Source: an uncultured Bacilli bacterium (GTDB lineage: Bacteria; Bacillota_I; Bacilli_A; RFN20; CAG-288). From it: DNA of 64,000 nt. The notes under the pieces were generated by a model that saw only the letters and a list, made by a program, of their open reading frames with translations, ran no database searches and was not told the origin of the DNA. The position numbers were made by a program, and so were the translations under genes. Shown here in pieces: positions 52,312-61,198 of this stretch (positions within the stretch are counted from its first letter, which is position 1; each line of letters starts with the position of its first letter). The stretch is taken from contig CAUUFA010000006.1 of assembly GCA_963544395.1 (NCBI GenBank), positions 37,997-101,996 of the forward strand, given 5' to 3'.

Positions 52312-52797
52312 ATGGCTGTTGAATATATCCCTTACCTTCGGAAGAAAATCGGTCACGACCGCTGTCTCAGCGTCGGATTGACAACGGTTATCGCCGATGA
52401 GGAAGGCAGGATCCTGTTAGAGAAGCGGTCGGATAATGGGAAGTATTGCCTTCCCGGCGGTTCCATCGATCTCGATGAGACCGTTCTGGAAGGCGCTAAA
52501 AGAGAGGTGGAAGAAGAGACCGGCATCCGCTTAGGAGAACTTCGGCTTTTTTATATCCGCTCCGGAAAGAAAAACCAGCTCTCCTATCCCAACGGAGATG
52601 TGACCGATTATGTCGATCTCGTCTTCTCTTCAAAAGTGAAGTCTCACGACATTCATCTTGCAATCGGAGATGGAGAGTCGCTCTCGCTAGGCTTCTATCG
52701 CCGAGAAGAGCTGCCGGATCCTTCCCTCTTTCTCAGAGGAACAGAAGATGTCCTGAAGGTTTACTTCGCCCATAAGAACGAAGTGGTCATCGACTGA
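52312..52797 (+). CDS. NUDIX hydrolase
   Basis: It has the Nudix box GGSIDLDETVLEGAKREVEEETGI. Confidence 0.9.
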   Translation: MAVEYIPYLRKKIGHDRCLSVGLTTVIADEEGRILLEKRSDNGKYCLPGGSIDLDETVLEGAKREVEEETGIRLGELRLFYIRSGKKNQLSYPNGDVTDYVDLVFSSKVKSHDIHLAIGDGESLSLGFYRREELPDPSLFLRGTEDVLKVYFAHKNEVVID

Positions 52798-52803
52798 GGA
52801 AGA

Positions 52804-53271
52804 TCATTTCAGAATGAGAAAATACCTTTTCCCTTCGATGAGAAGAGAAAGGTTGCTTCGTTTCCCTTGCCTCTGATAGGGGGCAGAAAGAAGCATATCG
52901 CCTAGCCGGACTTCCAGATGGCTGTCTGATCCATTAGGGGCGGAGAGAATCTGGGAGCGGCTGGTGTAGATGAATTCGATCTCCTGCTCGGTCTTACCCG
53001 ACAGGCGGAGATGAAAGACGCTGATGGGCTCTTTTGAGATCATGGGAAGAGTTTTCAGATTGACATAAGAGGAGTTTTTGCTGACGAGAAAGGAACCGAG
53101 ATGATCGTTGATGCTGAATTCCTGATGATTGATAAATAAGGAAGTCGCTTGACTGAACTTCCGTTTGTCACCTAAACGGATCGCTTCGAGGGAGTCGATG
53201 ACGGGATAGCATTTGCCTCTCTCATCCATCAGAACGATTCTCTGAGGAAGAGAATGACCTTGCAGTTTCAT
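52804..53271 (-). CDS. Hypothetical 155-aa protein
   Basis: It is a clean ORF with no recognisable motif. Confidence 0.45.
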   Translation of the reverse strand: MKLQGHSLPQRIVLMDERGKCYPVIDSLEAIRLGDKRKFSQATSLFINHQEFSINDHLGSFLVSKNSSYVNLKTLPMISKEPISVFHLRLSGKTEQEIEFIYTSRSQILSAPNGSDSHLEVRLGDMLLSAPYQRQGKRSNLSLLIEGKRYFLILK

Positions 53272-53677
53272 GTTTGAACGCTCTCTTTCTTACCCGAAAG
53301 AGGAATCCGAAGTTCAGATTCCTTTTTCCGGTGTATATATCGATTTATGATTTTCTAAGTGAAGTCACTCCTAGAGTGACGCCTGGATTATATCGAAGCA
53401 TAAGTTATCTATCAAGCTTCTTGAGTTTCCTTTAAGGTTCAGAGAGGAAGATAAAAGTCCTTTCAGGACTGGATTCTGCTTATTTAATGACAAATATATA
53501 CAAATGTAAAATGAAATATTACAAAAGCAAAATTTGATTTGCATAGGGTAAAACTAGCCCTGTCAAGCCCCCTCTTTTGGCACAAAGCACAAAAGTTTCC
53601 GTTTCTTCATCCTTGTTTTTTGACACTTTTTTATGAATAAAGAGGTTTATTCTAGGAAAAACTGTGTGTCATGTGCC

Positions 53678-53693
53678 TCGAAAACGTTATCGA
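53678..53693. promoter_or_regulatory. LacI-family-type operator-like palindrome TCGAAAACGTTATCGA
   Basis: It is a 16-nt imperfect palindrome (14/16) centred on ACGT, in the spacer upstream of the maltodextrin operon. Confidence 0.35.
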
Positions 53694-53881
53694 AACTTTA
53701 AACTGATAACGGATGTACCATTTATTCTGTGAAATAAAAAAATATGGTCAAAATCAATTACATTTAGATATGTAAAAACAAAATTTTAAATTTGATAAAC
53801 ACTGATAAATACTATTGTTTTAGATGTTTTAAATTAAAATTCATCTTAAAATATTGCTTTCCGTTCTTTCTTTACTTTTAC

Positions 53882-53895
53882 TGAAAGCGGTTTAA
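53882..53895. promoter_or_regulatory. cre-like site TGAAAGCGGTTTAA
   Basis: It has one mismatch to the cre consensus TGWAANCGNTNWCA and lies 25 nt upstream of the malQ ATG. Confidence 0.45.
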
Positions 53896-53919
53896 AATAT
53901 GGCCATACGATAGAAAAAG

Positions 53920-55440
53920 ATGCAAACCAAACATAGGTCCAGTGGCATCGCCCTCCCTATTTTCTCTCTCCCTGGAGAATTCGGAATCGGTTCGATTGGA
54001 AAAAGAGCAAAACGCTTCATCGATTTCCTTTCGGATGCTGGTTTTACCTACTGGCGGATCCTCCCTCTCGGACCGACTTCCTTCGGAGACTCGCCGTTCC
54101 AGTGCTTCGCTTCAAAAGCCCTCAATCATTATTTCATCGATATTGAGGATCTTCTGGAAAAAGACCTCCTCAAGCGTCGCGACATCGGCATCGTCGATTG
54201 GGGAAGCGATCCTCGAACCATCGATTATCGGCGGATCTACGGAAACCGTGTCCGGATCCTCAAAGCCGCCTACCACCGCTTCAAAAAAGGACAGGGCGAT
54301 TACCAGCGAGGTTACACCTCCTTCCTTCGGAAACATGAATTCATCGACTACGCCTGCTTCATGGTCCTGAAGGACCTTCATAACGGGAAACCCTGGAATC
54401 AGTTCTCCGGCTCTTATCAGGAGTACTCCACCGATCTGTTCCGACAGATCAAGCACGACTATCGTGACGATGTGGAGTTCTATGAGTGGACGCAATACAT
54501 CTTCCTTCATCAGTGGGCACAGCTGAAAAGCTATGCTAACACGAAAGGGATCTCCATCGTCGGGGAGATGCCGATGTATATCTCCTATGACTCCATCGAC
54601 GTCTACAAACATCACCGCAACTTCCTGCTCAACGCCGCTCAGGGGATGGATTATGTCGCCGGTTATCCGCCGGACATCTTCTACTCCTCAGGTCAGGTCT
54701 GGGGCACACCTCTCTACGATTACGACTATATGAAGCGGAACGATTACCGCTTCCTCCGCGAGAGGCTCAACTTCTTATTATCCTTATATGATTACGTCAC
54801 CTTGGATCACTTCCGCGGGTACTTGGAAAACTTCATGATCCCCAAAGGAAGCACCAATGGGTTGGATGGCCTCTGGATGCCGGTTCCGGAAAAAGACTGC
54901 ATCCGAAAGATTGCTACCGACTTGGAGCGGATCATCGCCGAAGATGTCGACTACCGGGGAGGCGAGATGGCAAAGCTCCTCGACAGCCATCACATCAAAG
55001 ATATGCGGGTCATCGAATTCGGGTTTCCCCGGGATTCGTCCAATATCAATCAGCCTTCCAATTACTCCTTCAGCTGCTTCTCTTACTCCTCGACCCATGA
55101 TTGTCAGCCTCTGCGAGGATACTTAGATGGATTAAGCGCCGAAGAGAGAAGGCAGTCGGTCTCTCAGATCAACACCGCGTGCCGCAGATTCGGTGTTGAG
55201 GAACGTGAGCCTGCGGATACGAAAGGTCTCGTCGAATCTCTGCTGGAACTCAACCTTGCTTCTCTTAGCGCGGTCGCCATCCAGGCGATGCAGGACATTC
55301 TCTTTCAGGGGAATGAGTCGAGGATCAACACGCCATCGACAGTCGGGACGAACTGGAGATACCGGATCACGGATGGTGATTTATCTCCGGAGAGAGCGAA
55401 GCATCTGCGGGAACTTAACCGCCGATACGGACGCTGCTGA
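53920..55440 (+). CDS. malQ: 4-alpha-glucanotransferase (amylomaltase, GH77)
   Basis: SGIALPIFSLPGEFGIGS...WRILPLGPT and DHFRGY are typical MalQ motifs. The protein is 506 aa. Confidence 0.92.
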   Translation: MQTKHRSSGIALPIFSLPGEFGIGSIGKRAKRFIDFLSDAGFTYWRILPLGPTSFGDSPFQCFASKALNHYFIDIEDLLEKDLLKRRDIGIVDWGSDPRTIDYRRIYGNRVRILKAAYHRFKKGQGDYQRGYTSFLRKHEFIDYACFMVLKDLHNGKPWNQFSGSYQEYSTDLFRQIKHDYRDDVEFYEWTQYIFLHQWAQLKSYANTKGISIVGEMPMYISYDSIDVYKHHRNFLLNAAQGMDYVAGYPPDIFYSSGQVWGTPLYDYDYMKRNDYRFLRERLNFLLSLYDYVTLDHFRGYLENFMIPKGSTNGLDGLWMPVPEKDCIRKIATDLERIIAEDVDYRGGEMAKLLDSHHIKDMRVIEFGFPRDSSNINQPSNYSFSCFSYSSTHDCQPLRGYLDGLSAEERRQSVSQINTACRRFGVEEREPADTKGLVESLLELNLASLSAVAIQAMQDILFQGNESRINTPSTVGTNWRYRITDGDLSPERAKHLRELNRRYGRC

Positions 55441-55528
55441 GAATGGTTTTTACAGGGCATTCCTTATGAAAGCCCTGTGAGAATAAATGCTGTGTAGGAC
55501 TTTTCAGAGGGAATAGGAGGAAAATTTC

Positions 55529-56833
55529 ATGAAAAGCAAATTTGTATCAGTCGCCATGTTAGCTACCTTGTCGCTTGCCGGATGCCGTACTAGGACGTCA
55601 TCGACTCCGTCCGTTAGCAAACCCACCTTGAAGACGGAGATTGTCATCGGTTCTCCGACCAAACATCAGCCCTTTGTCAAAGGAAAGATCGAGGCTTGGC
55701 TGAAGACCAATGGCTACACCAATGTCACGCTGAAGATGTATGACCTGGATGAACACGGAGCCAAGGATGTGACCGATTTCACCGGTTCCAGTGCTCCGGA
55801 CATCTACGCCTATGCTTCCGATCAGACTTTGGATTTGATGGCCAAAGGTGCTCTCGCTGAAGTTCCGGAAGAATTCGTGGCGGAGATGGTGAAGAATATG
55901 GGACAGACCGATGTCGATGCGGCAAAGGTCGGTGATTCCTACTACGCTTATCCTTATGCCGGTGACAATGGTTATTACCTGTATTACAACAAGGATATCG
56001 TCAAACGCTTCGATACCGTTGAGCACATCATAGCTGATTGCAAGGATGCCCATGTCAAATTCGGTTATGCTCTTGAGACTGATTCTTCTTTCTTCTCCAT
56101 CGGAACGATGTTCACCTTCGGCGCGAGATACAATGTTACACTCGACAATGCCGGAAAGATTTCCTCGGTCAAAGCCGACTTTGATGGAGACAAAGGACTC
56201 AAGGCCGCCAAAGTGATCCGAGATCTGATGAAGGATTCTTCCGTTACCACAACGCATGCCGGCGCTCGCGATATTGCGCCAAGTGGCGAGTCAACGGGCT
56301 TTGGTGCCGTGGTCGAAGGCTCTTGGAACTATACGAACTTCCGTGAAGGAAAAAAGGACAATGACGGCAAAGTTATCTACGCCGGATTAGGCGATAAGCT
56401 CGGATGTGCCAAACTTCCGACTGTCACCGTTGACGGTGAGACGAAAAACCTTGGTTCCTTCTTAGGCTACAAGCTCTATGGTGTCAACCCGCAGAAGTCT
56501 TCTGGCAATGCAGATCGTTTGGCCCTGCTTCACACTGTCGCCAACTTCCTCGTTTCTGATGAGATACAGGAAGGCCGTTGGGACACTCTTCAGGTTGCTC
56601 CGACGTCCGATAAGGTTGCTGCTCTTGAGAAAGTTGCCGGCGATGATCACATCAAGGCCATCAACGATCAAGCCAAATACTCGGTCGGTCAGACCATCGT
56701 CCCTGGCGATATCTGGAAGGCTATGGAAGCGATGGCTGATTCCATCAAGGGAAATCTTAGCGCAACTGACGAACAGCTGAAAGACTATCTCAAGACCTTC
56801 AACGATAAAGTCATCGGCAAAGGCGGAAAGTAG
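55529..56833 (+). CDS. Maltodextrin/sugar ABC transporter substrate-binding lipoprotein
   Basis: It has the lipobox LSLAGC, a size of about 430 aa, an AGGAGG RBS, and an operon position upstream of MalF/MalG-like permeases. Confidence 0.8.
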   Translation: MKSKFVSVAMLATLSLAGCRTRTSSTPSVSKPTLKTEIVIGSPTKHQPFVKGKIEAWLKTNGYTNVTLKMYDLDEHGAKDVTDFTGSSAPDIYAYASDQTLDLMAKGALAEVPEEFVAEMVKNMGQTDVDAAKVGDSYYAYPYAGDNGYYLYYNKDIVKRFDTVEHIIADCKDAHVKFGYALETDSSFFSIGTMFTFGARYNVTLDNAGKISSVKADFDGDKGLKAAKVIRDLMKDSSVTTTHAGARDIAPSGESTGFGAVVEGSWNYTNFREGKKDNDGKVIYAGLGDKLGCAKLPTVTVDGETKNLGSFLGYKLYGVNPQKSSGNADRLALLHTVANFLVSDEIQEGRWDTLQVAPTSDKVAALEKVAGDDHIKAINDQAKYSVGQTIVPGDIWKAMEAMADSIKGNLSATDEQLKDYLKTFNDKVIGKGGK

Positions 56834-57001
56834 ATTAACGTCGTTACCCAGAAAGAAGAGTAGGCTCGCCCTACTCTTCTTCCTGGTTTTATGAAAGAAT
56901 CCCGGGTCGCGAAAAATAAGGCTGGATCTGCGTCCGGATATTGTATAATAGAGTTAATTCGGATAAGTCTTTGACTTATTTTTCAGAGAAAGGAGAAACG
57001 T

Positions 57002-58609
57002 ATGGCAGAAGCCACTGCAACTCAGACTGCCTCTAAGTCTTCCTCTGTCGATCATGACGCTGCGATTCTGCAGAGTCATATCGAGTATCTGTCCATGAGC
57101 AAACCCCGACGCATCCTTTACAAGTTCACGCACTTTTTCACCGACATTCCTAAGAAAATCGAAAAGAGTGCGGCGAGAGTCCCATCCAAGACGAGGTGCA
57201 TCGGACACGGCATCTTTTCCGTCTTCATGAATCTGAAGGATGCCTTGGTCTCCGGCGATTGGTCGACCAGGCTCTCATTCTTGGTGATGGGCATCGGATT
57301 GATGGCTAAGCACCAGATCATCCGAGGATGCATGTATTTCCTCTACCAGCTGATCTTCATTCTTTTCATGATTCTCGTCGGGGGTCCGGCGTTAGGCGCC
57401 TTCTCCTATCTCGGCGGATCGGCAAGAACAGCCTATACGACCAAATCCGGTCTCATCTCCTTGACCACTTACAGCTACGGACAGAACTCCTTCACCATCC
57501 TTCTCTACTCTTTGATCGGCATCATTCTGATCGTCTCACTGATCTTTCTATGGTATGGTCAGATTGTGGACTCCCTGAGATTGCAGAGGCAAGGCTATAT
57601 CGGAAAGTATGCTTCCGATAAAGTGACACTCCGCAACACCATGGACAAGGGCTATGACAAAACCCTGCTCACAGTACCGATCGGTGGCCTCCTGATCTTT
57701 ACGATCCTTCCGATCATCATGATGGTCATCATCGCTTTTACGGATTACGATTATGCTCACGTCCCTCCGACACAGCTCTTCGACTGGGTCGGCACTTATA
57801 ACTTCGCCCAGGTCTTCTCCGCTTCCGGCACCGCCGGAGCGACGGTGGTCAAGACCTTCGGTCAGGTTCTTCTTTGGACGTTGGTCTGGGCTTTCTTCGC
57901 CACGTTCTCCAACTATTTCATCGGTATGATCGTGGCGATGATCATCAACATCAAGGGCATCAAGCTGAAGAAGCTTTGGAGAACTGTCCTCATCACCACC
58001 ATCGCTGTCCCGCAGTTCGTCTCCTTGCTTCTCATCTCCAGGATGTTCGCTGATGAAGGCTTGATCAACCAGACATTGCAGCAGTGGGGCTGGACCAACA
58101 AGACCATTCCCTGGCTCTCGGATCCTTGGCTTGCCAAAGTCACGATCATTCTCATCAACACTTGGGTCGGCATCCCTTACACCATGCTGATTTCCACCGG
58201 CTTATTGATGAACATCCCCGAAGACCTCTATGAGTCCGCAAGGATCGATGGCGCTTCCCCGGCCAAGATGTATTTCAAGATCACTCTTCCTTATATGCTC
58301 TTCGTCACCGGTCCATATCTCATCTCTCAGTTTGTCGGCAACATCAACAACTTCAACGTCATCTACCTGCTTAGCGGCGGCGGGCCATCCTTCATTCTTC
58401 CTTCCAATGTTCCGGTCACCATCTCCGCTTCCGGTGTCGGTCAGACGGACTTGCTGATCACCTGGATCTACAAGATGACGACCAATGCCAGCTACGACTA
58501 CGGCGCAGCATCGGTCTTAGGTCTGATCGTCTTCGTTGTCATCGCACTGATCTCGATGATCTTCTACAACAATTCCAGCGCCGTCAAGGATGAGGAGGCC
58601 TTCCAGTGA
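57002..58609 (+). CDS. Sugar ABC transporter permease, MalF-like
   Basis: It has multiple TM helices and the EAA-loop ESARIDGASPAKMYFKITLP. Confidence 0.88.
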   Translation: MAEATATQTASKSSSVDHDAAILQSHIEYLSMSKPRRILYKFTHFFTDIPKKIEKSAARVPSKTRCIGHGIFSVFMNLKDALVSGDWSTRLSFLVMGIGLMAKHQIIRGCMYFLYQLIFILFMILVGGPALGAFSYLGGSARTAYTTKSGLISLTTYSYGQNSFTILLYSLIGIILIVSLIFLWYGQIVDSLRLQRQGYIGKYASDKVTLRNTMDKGYDKTLLTVPIGGLLIFTILPIIMMVIIAFTDYDYAHVPPTQLFDWVGTYNFAQVFSASGTAGATVVKTFGQVLLWTLVWAFFATFSNYFIGMIVAMIINIKGIKLKKLWRTVLITTIAVPQFVSLLLISRMFADEGLINQTLQQWGWTNKTIPWLSDPWLAKVTIILINTWVGIPYTMLISTGLLMNIPEDLYESARIDGASPAKMYFKITLPYMLFVTGPYLISQFVGNINNFNVIYLLSGGGPSFILPSNVPVTISASGVGQTDLLITWIYKMTTNASYDYGAASVLGLIVFVVIALISMIFYNNSSAVKDEEAFQ

Positions 58610-59526
58610 TGAGAGGTATTACAAAACAGAAGGCGAAAAAGTCATATCGCTCCCATAAGAGAGCGATTCTGACGAGAAACGTCATCGTCTATCTTTTCCT
58701 GGTCCTCATCTCCATCATTTGGTTAGTTCCTTTCCTCTACCTGCTCTGTCAGTCTTTCTCCTCCATGTATTCCACCAAGTACTTCTTCCCATTCCTTCCT
58801 TCACCGGAGAGAATCAACAACGGCTATCCGGTCTGGACCTATCGCAACTACATCACCCTCTTCACCGATTCCAACTATCATTTCGGTCACTGGTACCTCA
58901 ACACCCTCATCATCGCTGCGGTCTCCTGCTTCTTTGAGACTGTGCTCGTCTTAGGAACCTCCTATGCCTTCTCCCGTCTTCGCTTCCGCTTGAGACAGCC
59001 TCTGATGAAGCTGATTCTCATCTTAGGTATGTTCCCGGGATTCTTAGGCATGGTCATCATCTACTTCATCCTGAAGCTCATTGGACTCAACGGCAACGTC
59101 TACTCTCTCATCCTGATCTATATCGGCGGCTCAGCGATGCAGTACTACATCGCCAAAGGCTTCTTCGATACGATTCCTCGAAGCTTGGATGAGGCGGCGA
59201 TGATCGACGGTGCCAACAAGAACACCATCTTCTTCCGTGTCATCATGCCTTTATCGAAGCCGATCATCGTCTACACCATCCTCCTTACCTTCACCGCTCC
59301 TTGGGGCGACTTCATGATGCCTTCCTACCTCGCAGGAGGAAACGATATGGCGAGAACCGTCGCGGTCGGTCTGCAGAGAATGATCTCCAACCAGCAGGAC
59401 AGAGCGGCTTACTTCCCCGTCTTCTGCGCGGGCGGCGTCTTCGTTTCTGTGCCGATCATGGCGCTCTTCTTCTGGCTGCAGAAATACTACGTCGAAGGTA
59501 TCACCGGCGGCGCAGTCAAAGGTTAA
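58606..59526 (+). CDS. Sugar ABC transporter permease, MalG-like
   Basis: It has the EAA-loop DEAAMIDGANKNTIFFRVIMP. The start is either the GTG at 58606 or the ATG at 58609, which overlaps the upstream TGA. Confidence 0.88.
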   Translation: MMRGITKQKAKKSYRSHKRAILTRNVIVYLFLVLISIIWLVPFLYLLCQSFSSMYSTKYFFPFLPSPERINNGYPVWTYRNYITLFTDSNYHFGHWYLNTLIIAAVSCFFETVLVLGTSYAFSRLRFRLRQPLMKLILILGMFPGFLGMVIIYFILKLIGLNGNVYSLILIYIGGSAMQYYIAKGFFDTIPRSLDEAAMIDGANKNTIFFRVIMPLSKPIIVYTILLTFTAPWGDFMMPSYLAGGNDMARTVAVGLQRMISNQQDRAAYFPVFCAGGVFVSVPIMALFFWLQKYYVEGITGGAVKG

Positions 59527-59548
59527 AGCGGTTCGGAGGAAAGGGAGA

Positions 59549-61183
59549 ATGCGAAAGAGATCGGCCATCCTGCTAGCATCGATATTATCATTGACCGGCT
59601 GTCAAAAGACACCTGAAGAGCTTTCTGCTCCGAGACAGAACGCGGTCTCAGAGCAGGAGCTTGTCCCTGCCGTTTTGGATGACAACTACCGGAATTACTA
59701 TGAGATCTTCGTCTCCTCCTTCGCCGACAGCAACAACGATAAGATCGGCGATCTCAAAGGAATCGATACCAAGCTCTCCTACCTTCACGACCTCGGTTAC
59801 ACCGGCATCTGGCTCACCCCGATTTTCACCGCCAGCTCCTATCATAAGTACAATACGACAGATTACTTCTCCATCGATCCTTCCTTCGGTACGATGGAGG
59901 ATCTCAGAAACTTGGTCAGCCATGCGCATCAGCTCAACATCAAAGTGATTCTAGACGGCGTCTTCAACCACTGCGGAAGAGCTTCTTCCTACTACCAAGA
60001 TGCGATTGTTGAACACTCCAAGAAGAAAGACGGAAAGCCCTACGATGAAAAGAAGGAAGGATTGATTCACTTCGTCGATACCGAAGCCGAAGTGGAATCC
60101 TCCTCTCTTCGTTACCACAAAGCTGACCCTTACGACTTCTACTATGAGTGCAACTTCGACGATGATATGCCTGAATTCGACTTCTCTCATGAAGCGACCT
60201 ACACCTTCATTCAAAGCATCGTCGATTACTACATGTCGGAGACGATCGGAATCGACGGATTCCGACTCGACGGCGTGAAATACTACAATCTCGGCAACAG
60301 GGAGAAGAACCTCGCTGTCCTCGACCGGATCAACGATATGGTCAAGAAAAAGAACAGCTCCGGTTACCTCATCGGAGAATGCTGGATTGAATCACCGGGA
60401 GATCTAAGCGAATACTACGATAGTGACATCGATTCCTTCTTCTGGTTCCCGGCAGGCACCGGAAGAGGCTTCCTGCTATCAACCGGGGTAGACGGTCGGT
60501 TCAAAACCACTTATCTCGAGGGAGAGAAGACGATGATCGGTTCTGCGAAAGGCCATATTCCTGCTCCCTTCTTAGATAACCACGACTTGCCTCGCATCTC
60601 TGATTCCGATCCTCGGAAGACGAAGTTCCGACTGGGACTTAGAGATACGCTGAATGGATCCATCTTCAACTACTACGGCGATGAGATTGGGATGAACTCC
60701 CTTCAGATTCCCTCTACCTCGGATTATCGCGATGCCAACTATCGAACCCATTATCTCTGGAACGATCAGACGCACGAAGGCGAGACAGAAGATCCGCCAA
60801 GAGCCCTTCCTCAGACGTCCCTCTTCGGCGATAGTGTCAGCCAAGAGAAGGATCCTAACTCTATTCTGAATTACGAGAAGAAAGCTCTCCTCTGGAGAAA
60901 CAGCATCCCTGCGATCGCCAGAGGAAAAATCGCAGATCCTGCCTTCGAGGATGAGAGCATCAACCAGGACTATCGGAATCCCCTGCTTGTCATTGATAAA
61001 TCCTATCAAGGGGAGACATACCGGCTTCTCTACAACTTCTCCGCTTCGAAAGAGGTGACTTACGATACGAAAGGGACGAATGTGATCTCCGTCCTGCTTG
61101 CCGATACGAAGCTTCCTGCTACGACCGCCGATACGATGCTGAATCTGCCGCCGTATAGCATTGCCTTGCTCAAGGCTCAATAA
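59549..61183 (+). CDS. GH13 alpha-amylase-family lipoprotein
   Basis: It has the lipobox LSLTGC and the GH13 conserved regions DGVFNH, GFRLDGVKY, GECW and FLDNHD. Confidence 0.9.
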   Translation: MRKRSAILLASILSLTGCQKTPEELSAPRQNAVSEQELVPAVLDDNYRNYYEIFVSSFADSNNDKIGDLKGIDTKLSYLHDLGYTGIWLTPIFTASSYHKYNTTDYFSIDPSFGTMEDLRNLVSHAHQLNIKVILDGVFNHCGRASSYYQDAIVEHSKKKDGKPYDEKKEGLIHFVDTEAEVESSSLRYHKADPYDFYYECNFDDDMPEFDFSHEATYTFIQSIVDYYMSETIGIDGFRLDGVKYYNLGNREKNLAVLDRINDMVKKKNSSGYLIGECWIESPGDLSEYYDSDIDSFFWFPAGTGRGFLLSTGVDGRFKTTYLEGEKTMIGSAKGHIPAPFLDNHDLPRISDSDPRKTKFRLGLRDTLNGSIFNYYGDEIGMNSLQIPSTSDYRDANYRTHYLWNDQTHEGETEDPPRALPQTSLFGDSVSQEKDPNSILNYEKKALLWRNSIPAIARGKIADPAFEDESINQDYRNPLLVIDKSYQGETYRLLYNFSASKEVTYDTKGTNVISVLLADTKLPATTADTMLNLPPYSIALLKAQ

Positions 61184-61198
61184 AGGAGAACAGAAACC

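Noticed and set aside
53301-53335. Hairpin aggaatc/cgaagttca/gattcct followed by ttttt, as a plus-strand terminator
   Set aside because: No plus-strand gene ends just upstream: the NUDIX gene ends at 52797, and a minus-strand gene lies in between. It may simply be 5'-UTR structure of the 52804-53271 gene or fortuitous.
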